From contig NC_042999.1 of assembly GCF_006345805.1 (NCBI RefSeq), positions 168,640,001-168,704,000 of the forward strand: DNA of 64,000 bases, given 5' to 3'. Source of the stretch: Octopus sinensis. Taxonomy: Eukaryota. This document shows, piece after piece, positions 52,906 to 64,000 of this stretch (positions are counted from its first letter, which is position 1; each line of letters starts with the position of its first letter). The notes below the pieces were generated by a model. That model did not search any database. It was not told the origin of the DNA and saw only the letters and a list, made by a program, of their open reading frames with translations. The position numbers were made by a program, and so were the translations under genes.

Positions 52906-54022
52906 CTGCAAGAAAAAATATTTGCATTAAAACCTAATTTTCATAAATTAACTACAAGAAATCAAAATATGAAGAAAAAAAATCTAACAGAAAAACCCAC
53001 GATAAAATATTCAATATTGTTTACATCAAAAGATATTATAGCACTTAGCTAGTTGGGAATTTACACAACATAATCAAAATTTAAGGTGTCAGAGATAAAA
53101 TTGACAATTTTTTTATAATTCAAGCTCTAATTTCATGAAAACAACTTAGTACTATATATATGCACATGATTATCAAAACCATGACACATCTTGAATGAAA
53201 ACTATGACACATCTCTATGCAAAGGCAATTATGTGGCTAAGTCTTCATTTAAGTGATTGCCTAAAATTGAAAAAGAGCCCCACAACAGTTTTATGTTGTA
53301 AGAATAATACCAGAGGATTATGGCTTAACTTAGTCTATTCAAAGAACTTATTTCTCTCCCAAATTCTACTCTTAGTTGTATGCTCAACTCTGCAAGCTAA
53401 CATTGAGGATTCTCATTGGGAAAGTTAAGTCATGATAGCTCAACGAGATGAATTATATCAACTAGTTCAGTAGTTTCTGAATTCAAATACAATTACGACT
53501 GAGTATTATTTTCTAACCCACCCAGATTAATAAAATATCCAGGAATAAAAAAATAGTAGGATTAGGCCTACATTAATTTTACTAAAATAGTCTTAGGTCT
53601 ACAAATATAAATTAATATCATCATCATACCTTCCTTATTCTTATATTTTACAATACATTTTAGATTGCAAAAATACAAAGATAATTAAATAATATAAATA
53701 TATCAAATTATATACACTTTGTATTTTACATATACATATATTAAAAAAAGGCAACGAAAAATATGACATTATTGTAAAAAAAGTTTATTAAAATTGAAAT
53801 AATCTGCCATTTTCAGGACACCTTTTCATTGACAAATACATTTCTTTAAATGGGCTTTTAGATATGAAATTTGATTCTAATAAGAAAAACAAAACTGTAC
53901 AACGTGAAGTAAGTTGTCACTATCTCTATGCCTCTATTTTTTATATATATATATACATATATATATATAAAGGGATCTGGCCAGCAGATGGGGACACCGC
54001 CTTCACTTACATCTCAAGATTT

Positions 54023-54045
54023 TCATAACAAGTTGGAATCCATAT
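54023..54045 (-). CDS. BAP18: BAP18 last coding exon (exon 54045-54011), encoding (D)MDSNLL*
   Basis: tgttttctttgtcag acceptor and gtaagt donor; phase matches the phase-1 end of the upstream exon. Confidence 0.65.
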
Positions 54046-54584
54046 CTGACAAAGAAAACAGTTTAATATGTTACATTATTTTTGTAAAGATCACCATCAA
54101 TGGATGATAGGGGCTACATTGGTTATTTTATTTTTGTAACACATACACACTTTCCTATAGAAGGAGGGATCTAGGACTTATAGGTTAGATTTCAAAACAA
54201 TATAATAAATAACATAAAACAAATCTAAAAGATTTATTTTTTATCAACTCTAAACATGTAACTGTGTCTTTTAAAAAATGCATCACTTTCCTCAATTTAA
54301 GGAAAGAAAATAAAGATAAATTAGTCTAAAAACAAGAAAATCAAAGAAAGATAAAATATAACTGAAGGTGGAAATGTATCTAATATTAAAATAGAAGTAA
54401 CTTTTGATAAGTACAATAATATAGCCACAATGTATGAAGTAGTAGTTACAGTAGAGGTGGTTGTTATTTGACCCTAAGTCAGAGTGCTGATCATGAAAAA
54501 GCATTTTAGCCACAAGATCCCGCCATCCCTTTCTTTTAGGTATTGTAAAACTCAGATCAGGTTATCCAATCAGTCTTTTTTTAA

Positions 54585-54803
54585 CCCTTTAGTGTTCAGA
54601 TTATTCTATCAAACATAATGCCTATTGATTCCCATTGATTTGAATTAATCATACATTATCTCATATCTTCAAGATCTTGATGGTGTAATTACTTAATGTA
54701 GAATAACATTGTAGGGTAGGTGTGAGAGCCTGGATCTGGTCAGTTTGAACATAAAGCAGATGAAATATTCTGGCCGGATATGGCCGGTTGAAATACTAAG
54801 GGG
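54585..54803. mobile_element. piggyBac-type MITE
   Basis: TTAA|ccctttag...ctaagggg|TTAA. Confidence 0.7.
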
Positions 54804-56205
54804 TTAAAGATGGTGATGGTTAAGAGAAATACGGTCATTTTTACAGAGCAAATATGTAGAAGGTTGCTTCATTGGAAATAGTTGAGCATTGTGGAATTGT
54901 AACAGATTTATTGATAGATTATGATTGCAATATACTTTTGTACATTAATGACTGAAATTAACTTGACATTTTGATATAGTTTAGCAGGAATAACACAAAC
55001 TAAGTGTATTTAAGATGATGTTTTCAATCAGTACTAATTTAAATAGTTGCTAATGCAGTATATACAATGCATTAGCAACTATACATTATGACAATTAAAC
55101 AGAGTTGGATATGCTTCTAGCAGTTTCTTGATAAAATTTGTATAAGTATCCTATATTATAGAATAGATACACTGCAGCCCAGTATGATGCAAGAGGGAAC
55201 AAATTATTAGGAAGGGCATCCAATGATAATACACTACTGCAAAAAGTCCTGTCAATATAGAAAAAGGGCCATAAAACCAATGACGATAATGACAGAAAAA
55301 TGCTTTACATTATATACATTAAGAACAAGAGTTTTATTCACAAAAGAACCATTTCCCTTTTTCTCTTTGAACTGGTACAGCCTAAAATTACTGCTTTCTG
55401 GTACCACTAAAGTAGTTTCCAATTACCATTCATAATTCCAAGGTCTTAAATTAAGTAACTTAGACAATAATTATGTATCTGTTGATACTATAGAGATGAG
55501 AGGAGACTAATAAAAATGATATTCTGGTTTCATATTAAAACCTCAACATAATGCCTTCATCATCAAAATGTATTCCTGAGAAGGTTTAAGCTTCGGAGGA
55601 TGTTCTAATTATCCAGACAGGTGGCAGCTAATGTCTTATTTCAATGCACAAAGAAAGAAGTTCAAATTAACTCTTTAGTTGTTGCACAACTGATTTAGTT
55701 TTATTGAAGTAGTAAATTACAATTTTCTGGGTAACTAACCCCATCTTTAGAGTTTATATCTTCACTATATTTCAATTAGTTTTTATCTTAGTTGCCACCA
55801 GGTGGCTTGTTCTGAAATGTGTATGGGGTATTTGAAATAAGAACTTTTATTTCTAAACTAAACAATCCAAAAGGCCAAGTGTAAATAAGGTAATTTACTG
55901 AATGAGGAGTTCAACTGGCTGCAAGAATACCATTTCTATTATGGCTATTTAGTTTTAAGACTTTAAGCACGGAATCCTCATTTAGAAAATGAAAGTTTCT
56001 TTGAAGATATGTAGTTTCAGACAACCAATTGTTAGGTCAGTGGTTCATATTTTGTCAACAGCACTCACTGTATCACACCAGTATAAGCAACAATAATGTT
56101 TAATGGCTTGAAGTGTAGAACTGAATTCCTCCAAGCATGTCCAAGATGATATTATACATTTCTCATTTAATGCATGTTGCAGAAGAAAACTAAAGTAAGC
56201 AGATA

Positions 56206-56492
56206 AGCATTTCTCAACCAAGATTCCCCAGAATCCTAGGGTTTCACAAAAGGTTCCTAGGGATTTTGAGAGAAAGAGTGAGATAAGCTAATACTAATTT
56301 TATGATTGTAATATTACTATACAGGCACAACATATTATTGGTTATTGTAATTTTGTAATATAGACATCATTTTATCTAACCTATTATGCTATCAAAAAAA
56401 TATAACAACCATATATATATAAAACATTTTTCGTGCAGGGTTCCTTGAGACATGTAATTTATTTTAAGGGTAAAAAGGGTTGAGAAACACTG
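56206..56492. mobile_element. hAT-type MITE
   Basis: Termini gcatttctcaacc / ggttgagaaacactg. Confidence 0.55.
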
Positions 56493-56793
56493 TCATAGTA
56501 GCTTTTTAATTATTTGCTAAATTTCACCACTGACTAATATCTCTATCCAGTCAAGAGAGAAATACAAACATTTCATGTTTGACTACATGTCTTCAGGCAA
56601 TAAAGAACTAAGTCTAAGAGGAATATAATTACACTGACATGACTAAACAATGTGACTACATTCAATGGGAAGGTATTGAAAGGTAAAGTGGGAAAAGACA
56701 TTTATTGGTAGTGTTAAGTGAAGCCAATGAACAATGACATGAAATAAGACAGCTTTCATAGACAAGAAAGTACCACATAAGATAATATATAAC

Positions 56794-57026
56794 TATTTCT
56801 TTACTACCCACAAGGGGCTAAACACAGAAGGGACAAACAAGGACAGACAAACGGATTAAGTCAATTACATCGACCCCAGTGCGTAACTGGTACTTAATTT
56901 ATCGACCCCGAAAGGATGAAAGGCAAAGTCAACCTCGACGGAATTTGAACTCAGAACGTAACGGCAGACGAAACACGGCTATGCATTTCGCCCGACGTGC
57001 TAACGTTTCTGCCAGCTCGCTGCCTT
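56794..57026 (-). mobile_element. SINE family C
   Basis: Inverted relative of 33308-33522; flanked by a 17-bp duplication ataagataatatataac. Confidence 0.88.
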
Positions 57027-57220
57027 ATATAAGATAATATATAACAGTGACTCTTTGGAGCTGTATAATGTTGTAAACGTATTCAATCCAGTAAAGCATA
57101 AATAAAATAATCGAGTGGTTAGTGATAGGAAAGACATTCAATAACTACTGATCAAAGTAAATGTTAATTACTACAAACTTACACCTGCTAGTCAAGTCAC
57201 AAAGCAGATATTTAACTTAC

Positions 57221-57319
57221 CTGAATCAAATTCTAATTTTTTTGAAGCAGAGCTTTCTCCTAAACCTTCAATATCAACATCACTCTCGGGTGCATTGAGG
57301 GCACTTAAAGTGACTTCAG
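57221..57319 (-). CDS. BAP18: Chromatin complexes subunit BAP18 (C17orf49 homolog), penultimate coding exon
   Basis: 99-nt exon with ttttccag/gtaagt boundaries encoding EVTLSALNAPESDVDIEGLGESSASKKLEFDS; matches, from recall, the vertebrate BAP18 C-terminus DVTLSALN..DIEGLGE..KKLNFD. Confidence 0.9.
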
Positions 57320-57521
57320 CTGGAAAACCAAAGAAATTAAATTACAATATTTGTAATTAAATTTAGAATAACAATTACTGTATATTTAATCTTTTTGCAA
57401 TGAAAGTAGTGAAATTCAAATACCATAAGATAGTAATATTTGTTCAAAGCAGTCATATCAAATTTGGTGGAAACATTAACATAGCAGAAATGTCTTCATC
57501 AAGAGACTCAAGTCATATTTT

Positions 57522-57710
57522 CATCATCATCATCATCGTTTAACATCCGCTTTCCATGCTAGCATGGGTTGGACGATTTTGACTGAGGGCTGGCGAACCA
57601 GACGGCCGCACCAGGCTCCAATCTTGATCTGGCAAAGTTTCCACAGCTGGATGCCCTTCCTAACGCCAACCACTCTGAGAGTGTAGTGGGTGCTTTTACG
57701 TGCCACCGGT
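57522..57710 (-). mobile_element. Family B element abutting the 5' end of the RTE in opposite orientation
   Basis: (cat)n then family B tail. Confidence 0.85.
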
Positions 57711-57719
57711 GGTACTGGC

Positions 57720-60700
57720 AAGTTTATATAGGGTTGGCACACTGAAAGGTAGGTCTAGTGAGATTGTTGAGATGCTTGAACGGAGATGAGTTGATATATA
57801 CTGAATCCAAGAAGTAAGGTGGAGAGGAGGTTCTGCTAGGTTCCTCACAGGCAAAGAATTTTCTGGGCAGGGAACACTGACGGGGTCGGGGGCGTTGGTA
57901 TACTTCTCGCTGAAAAACGGGTAGATAAGGTAATTGAGGCAGTCAGAGTATGCAACAGAATACTTCAGATTAGATTAGTGCTTCATCATGGGTTAGCAAC
58001 CATTATCTCAGCCTATGCCCCTCAGCTGGGGCTACCTGATGGACAGAAAGACCGATTCTATGACACCCTACTGCAGACTACCTCGTTGCCAAACGACAGG
58101 GACCTTCTTTTTGTGGCTGGTGACTTCAATGGACATGTTGGACAGCATACGGGGGCTTCCATGGTGTACATGGAGGCTACGGCTATGGTTCCCGGAATGA
58201 GGAGGGAACCAGGCTGCTGGAGTTCTGAGACGCAAATGATCTTATGGTTTGCATTACAAACTTCAGGAAACCTACCAGTCACCTACCGATCGGGCCGACA
58301 TACTAGCCAAATTGACTACATCCTTGCCAGAAAAAGGGAAAGATGGTTGCTTATAAATGCCAAAACCTTCCCAGGTGAAGAATGTACCCCACAACATAGA
58401 CTGGTAGTGAGTGACTTTAGGATCAAGACTAAGAGGATGACCAGAAGACGACCAACATGGAAAAGAAGGGTCTGGAAGCTTAAAGACCTTGCAAATGGAC
58501 AGAGATTTAGAGACATATTACTCGAAGCCTTTGACGAAATAGATGAGGATATAGATTCACATAATGTCGAAGACAACTAGAGGTTTCTACAAGACAACCT
58601 GCTGAGAGTCACTGACCAGATCTGTGGATGGTGCAAAGTCCCCTCTCGACCCAAAATAACGTGGTGGTGGAACAATGTTGTAGACAGGGCTATTAGAGAA
58701 AAGAGACAGGCTTGGAAGGACTGGAAGAATGGTGGTAGCAGGGAATTGTATCAGACTGCCAAAAGAGAAGCTAGGAGACAGGTTTATTTAGCCAGAGGGG
58801 AAGCAGATAAGAAAAAATTTGCCAATGTTATGCGCCGTGAGGACCAAAGACTTGGGGTATTTTGTGTTGCAAGACAGTGTGTGAGAGAGAATCGTGATGT
58901 GGTAAGAGAGAAATGTGTTTGCATGGATGATGGTACACTTGCGCTAAATGAGGATGCAAAGAGAGAGGTTTGGAGACGCCACTATGAAAGGTTGCTGAAT
59001 AAAGAAAATGAATGGGAGAAAGAGAGTCTGCCGAATATCGACCCAACAGAGGGACCAGCTATCCAAATTGACAGTTCCTTGGTAGTTAAGGCAATTAGAA
59101 GCATGAAGACAGGGAAAGCCCCAGGCCCATCAGGAATTACTGCAGAGATGCTCAAAACATCTGGTAGTGTCGGCTATAGCTTAGTCACCCGTATAGTTAA
59201 CCAGGTGATACACGAAGGAGTCATACCCAATGACTGGTGTAGCAGCATAATAGTCAACTGCTAGAAAGGTAAAGGTGACGCCCTAGTTACAAATAATTAC
59301 AGAGGTATCAAGTTGTTGGATCAGGTAATAAAGATCACGGAGAGGGTCATAGCCCAACTAATTAGAGAGAGAATTAGTTTAGATGAGATGCAGTTTGGTT
59401 TCGTGCCCGGGAAAAGTACCACTGATGTTATATTTCTGGTAAGACAGCTGCAGGAGAAATACCTAGCCAAAGATAAGCCCCTGTACCTGGCTTTCATTGA
59501 CATGGAGAAAGCCTTCGACAGGGTCCCCTGATCCCTTATCTGGTGGTCAATGAGGAAACTAGGGATAGATGAATGGTCAGTGAGAGCTGTGCGGGCCATG
59601 TATAGGGACGTTGCTAGTAAGGTGAGGGTTGGCAATGAGTACAGTGAAGAATTCCGGGTGGAGGTAGGGGTCCACCAAGGTTCAGTCCTCAGCCCCCTCC
59701 TATTTATCATAGTCCTACAGGCAATAACGGAGGAATTCAAGACAGGATGCCCCTGGGAGCTCCTCTATGCTGACGACCTTGCTCTAATTGCAGAGTCACT
59801 ATCAGAACTGGAGGAGAAGTTCCAGGTGTGGAAGCAAGGATTAGAATCGAAGGGCCTTAGAGTCAACCTAGCTAAAACCAAAGTCCTAATAAGTAGGAAG
59901 GTAGACAAGTCACAAACGCCTTCAGGTAGATGGCCCTGCTCGATCTGTAGAAAAGGCGTAGGTAGAAACTCTATAAGATGCACCAAGTGTAAGCTATGGA
60001 CACATAAGAGGTGCAGCAATGTCAAAGGAAGGCTAACTAGGAAGATAGTTTTTGTCTGTGGCAGATGCTCAGGAGCAATAAACACTGAAAATGTGCAGAG
60101 ACCAACTTCCGCCACATTCCAGGGAGAAAAACTAGAAATAGTTGATAGCTTCCGTTATCTAGGTGACCAAGTCAGTAGCGGGGGCGGGTGTGCTGAAAGT
60201 GTAACTGCTAGAATAAGAATAGCCTGGGCAAAGTTCAGAGAGCTCTTACTTCTGCTGGTGACAAAAGGCCTCTCGCTCAGAGTAAAAGGCTGACTGTATG
60301 ACGCATGTGTACGAACAACCATGCTACATGGCAGTAAAACATGGGCCGTGACTGCTGAGGATATGCGTAAGCTCACAAGGAATGAAGCCAGTATGCTCCG
60401 ATGAATGTGTAATGTCAGTGTTCATACTCGACAGAGTGTAAGTACCTTGAGAGAAAAGTTGGACCTAAGAAGCATCAGATGTGTGTAGTGTGCAAGAGAG
60501 GCGTCTACGCTGGTATGGACACGTAGTAAGAATAGATGAAGATAGTTGTGTGAAAAAGTGCCACACCCTAGCGGTTGAGGGAACCTGTGGAAGAGGTAGA
60601 CCCAGGAAAACCTGGGACGAGGTGGTGAAGAACGACCTTCGCGCTTTAGGTCTCACCAAGGAAATGACCAGAGACCGAGACCTTTCGAAGTATGCTGTGC

Positions 60701-61205
60701 GCGAGAAGACCCGGCAGGACACGTGAGGCCATAACCCATGGCCCCTACCTGGGATGTAGCCAGCCCACTTATGCATACCTTTCCTTCTTGGGAAACAAAA
60801 CCCTACTTGTGAAGACCTGTTGAGGCAAATGAAAATCAAAATCGAAATCAATCGACATCAATGGAAATTGTAGCTGTGATACCAGTGCTGGTGGCACGTA
60901 AGAGACCCATTCGAACATGGCCATTGCCAGCGCCGCTCCGACTGGCCTCCGTGCCGGTGGCATGAAAAAAGTACCATCCGATCGTGGCCGTTGCCAGCCT
61001 TGTGTGGAACCCATGCTGGTGGCACGTAAAAAGCACCCACTACACTCACGGAGTGGTTGGCATTAGGAAGGGCATCCAGCAGTAGAAACACTGCCAAATC
61101 AGACTGGCCTGGTGCAGCCTTCTGGCTTCCCAGACTCTAGTTGAGCCATCCAACCCATGCTAGCATGGAAAGCGGACGCTAAACGATGATGATGATGATG
61201 ATGAT
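57720..61205 (+). mobile_element. Near-full-length RTE LINE (EN-RT with internal PHD finger), inactivated, antisense in a BAP18 intron
   Basis: IQEVRW, SAYAPQ, GDFNGHVG, SQIDYIL, NYRGIKLL, QFGF, DMEKAFDRV, GVHQGSVLSP, YADD, FRYLG, GRGRPRKTW; 3' UTR with (gat)n; several stops and frameshifts. Confidence 0.93.
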
Positions 61206-61604
61206 ATATATGCATATACAGATATATATGTATATATCGCGTCACATCACGTGACCGACCAGTCCATCAGATGTAGTTACACATCGCTGGTCACAATGCG
61301 TTTGCATTGTTTTAGCCTTCGAATGACGCCACCCCGCTGGCTAAGCGAGCAGGCCAACAGAAGAAAGAGTGGTGAAAGAGTACAGCAGGGATCACCCCTG
61401 ATTTTTTTGTTATATATACATGGATACACACACACACCTATATATGTATATTAGACCCCAGTTGAACCGTCCAACCCATGCTAGCATGGAAAGCGGACGT
61501 TGAACGATGATGATGATGATGATGATGATGAATATAAATACATGAAAGTACATGAAGTTTGTTAAAAAAAAGGGGATCATGTATATTCCTCCTGGCTGTT
61601 GAGA

Positions 61605-62066
61605 TTATAACACCTCGTTGTAAACAATGTTCCTTGTTTTTCCTTGTGGAGCATATACAAAAAGGTTTCTTTTGGTTCCTACTCTTGAGCAGCCAACATA
61701 CAGTTGCCCATGCGAGAAGCAGGGCTCTTCCAAGAGAAGACAAGCTACAGAGAGGGTTTGACCCTGAGATTTGTTAATGGACATGGCAAAGCTGACACGA
61801 AGGGGGAATTGCAGTCTTCTGAATGTTAATGGAATTTCTGCTCCTGATGGAGTAAGAGGAATTCTTGGAATAAAGACGTCATCACCTTTTCCACATCCAG
61901 AAAGAATGATTGCCTCGATAACGTGTGACATCATTTCCTTTATCACCAGTCGTGTTCCATTGCAAAGTCTTGGTGGTTCCAGATTGTGGAGTAGCATTAC
62001 AGGAGTTCCAACTTTAAGTGCTAATATGTGTGGAGGTAGTCCAGGAGGCTCTAGTGAATTGAGAAA
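61605..62066 (-). pseudogene. Helitron Rep/Hel PIF1-family helicase C-terminal fragment
   Basis: [61 protein letters not shown]; cut off at the Tc1 insertion. Confidence 0.9.
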
Positions 62067-62077
62067 TTATATATATA

Positions 62078-63734
62078 CACTACCGTCAGAAATTAATTTG
62101 CACCCTTGATTTGCTCTTCACTCAAGGTATGTGCTGTCACCTAGTGGCCATATCTCGAACTATTGCTTTGTTGCGAGTTCACTGTTGCGCAGAACGATGA
62201 CGTAACTTTGTTTGCAGAGCGGTTTGAGTCTACAGCCTAATGATGTTGACATAGCAGTGCAACAACAACTTGGAGTGCGGATGCAGACAAATCTTCCTTT
62301 GTTTAATAGATATAGGTAGCGCCTCGCAAGGACCGAAATCACACCGTACTAAGTTTTCTCATCGCGTAAGACGTTTTGAACAGCTTGTAGGTTAATTGAT
62401 TTGTGTATTTGCAAGATTTTTTTTCCTCACAAATTCTCCTACACTCTGCTTTGTGACGTCACTTCCGGTTCACAAAACTTTCTGTTATACATCAAATAAA
62501 GTGAGAAATTCTGCTTTCTTTCTTTTTTGTTTAATGAATAATAACTCATAGTAGTTTTGTTATAGCATAACATTATTCAAATGAATAGTTTTAATGAAAA
62601 TAACTGGTTTTTGTCGTTCATTCCTAGATGGGCCCAAGACCTCGCATGACCTTGGAGAGACGGTACGAGGCTCTCTCGTGGCGTGGGAAGCTGTCGGAGG
62701 CTGCAATAGCCAGAAAACTTGGTGTAGCCAGGCGCACAATTCAGTGCTTATTTAAGAAATACGAAGAAACCGGATCAGCAGCTGACAAAAAGGGTAGGGG
62801 ACAGAAGAGGCTGACGACCCAGCGGGAGGACCGGATGCTGATCCGAAAGTCGCTGAACAACCGAAGGGCAACGAGCCGGCAACTGGCGGAGGAGATGCAA
62901 AAGGTGACAGGGAAGCAGTTGTCTACAACCACCGTCAAGACCAGATTACTGGAAGCTGGTCTAAAATCCTGTAGGGCCGCCCGTAAGCCACTCCTTACAG
63001 CCCAAAACCGGAAGAGGCGGCTGCTCTGGGCCCGTGCCCACAAGACATGGACCGTGCAGCAGTGGCGGACAGTGATGTTCACTGACCAGTCGCGCTTCAG
63101 TCTCGTCAGTGACAAGCCTGTCCATGTGCGACGCCGCAGGGGTGAGCGCTTCAACAAAGACTGCATTGCTCCCACCATGAAGCATGGTGGGGGTGGTCTG
63201 ATGGTGTGGGGGGCGTTCAGCTACAGTGGTGTTGGGCGGCTCTATGCCATCGAAGGCAACATCAACGCAGCAAAGTACGTTGAGATAGTACGGAATGCTG
63301 CCCTACCCTCTGCGGGATAACTCTTTGGTGGCGAGGAGTACGTGCTCCAGCAGGACAACGTGCCTCCCCACACAGCCAAGCTCACAACCGGTTTCTTCAA
63401 GGACCATAGGGTGACGGTCATGGACTGGCCTGGCCTGGCCAGTCACCTGACCTGAACCCTATTGAGAACCTCTGGAGTCGATTGGGTAGGGATTTGAATG
63501 TGCAGCAATACAGGAACCGACACGAGCTGTTTGGGGCACTTCTTGCTGCATGGAGGGCCATCCCTGCACAGTACCTGTGCAACAAGATATTGACTATTAT
63601 GTGGTATGGTGGGATATGTTTTAATAAATTTTTGATTAAAAACGGGTTCGTTTCTGATAATAAGTTAATTAAATTAAAAAAATGTAAGAAAATGTAGAAA
63701 TTTGAGAAGTGCTAATTAATTTCTGACGCAAGTG
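62078..63734 (+). mobile_element. Full-length Tc1 (DD34E) transposon; transposase from 62628 disrupted
   Basis: TIRs cactaccgtcagaaattaatttgcac / gtgctaattaatttctgacgcaagtg with TA flanks; HTH, FTDQSRF, QQDN, SPDLNPIEN; stop at 63318 and a 5-bp tggcc duplication. Confidence 0.93.
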
Positions 63735-64000
63735 TATATACACACACACACACATAAACCTAAGGTTTATATATATATATATAAACCTTAGGCAGGACAC
63801 TAAGGAAGGACACAATTTTATATGAATCTTGATTTTGTGTCCAATTTCCAAGCTGGCATGGGGTGGACAGATTATTAGTGTGAGTCAGTTTTTGTTTGGA
63901 GTTATGACTTTTCTAAATGGATTAGAGGATCACGTCTCACCACTATGTTTTATTTTTAGCTTGGATGTAAAGAGAAAGTGATGACAAGAGTCAGGAATGG

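Noticed and set aside
57522-57720. Twin-priming 5' inversion of the RTE
   Set aside because: The inverted piece is a different subfamily variant from the LINE's own tail, and no shared TSD is present
61605-61997. Host PIF1 helicase gene
   Set aside because: Intronless truncated fragment with Helitron-type motifs ([24 protein letters not shown])

Overview
AT-rich, repeat-dense eukaryotic DNA, most likely an octopus (coleoid cephalopod) genome. That assignment is inferred from three tRNA-headed SINE families resembling the Octopus OK/OR-type SINEs, (CAT)n-tailed RTE repeats and abundant (TA)/(CA) microsatellites. Most of the window is nested transposable element debris: Penelope-like fragments, CR1-group LINEs, RTE LINEs and their short derivatives, a HERO-like RLE element, a CsRn1-clade Gypsy element nested in a Chapaev-3 transposon, mariner/Tc1 elements, Helitron-like elements and MITEs. 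Only one host gene is recognisable: the 3' end of BAP18 (C17orf49, NURF/MLL-associated) on the minus strand, with exons at 57319-57221, 54045-54011 and 52905 onward; its 5' exons lie beyond the window. Most short ORFs in the supplied track are repeat artefacts. The most notable observations are: a PHD finger inserted inside the reverse transcriptase of the dominant RTE family; short RTE-tail elements carrying a variable 63-bp repeat; a stop-carrying BAP18 micro-exon; near-identical Gypsy LTRs around a ruined pol; a 45-bp target-site duplication; an unassigned Cys-rich Helitron cargo; and several long hairpins. All calls were made by eye; no searches were run, and repeat boundaries are approximate.
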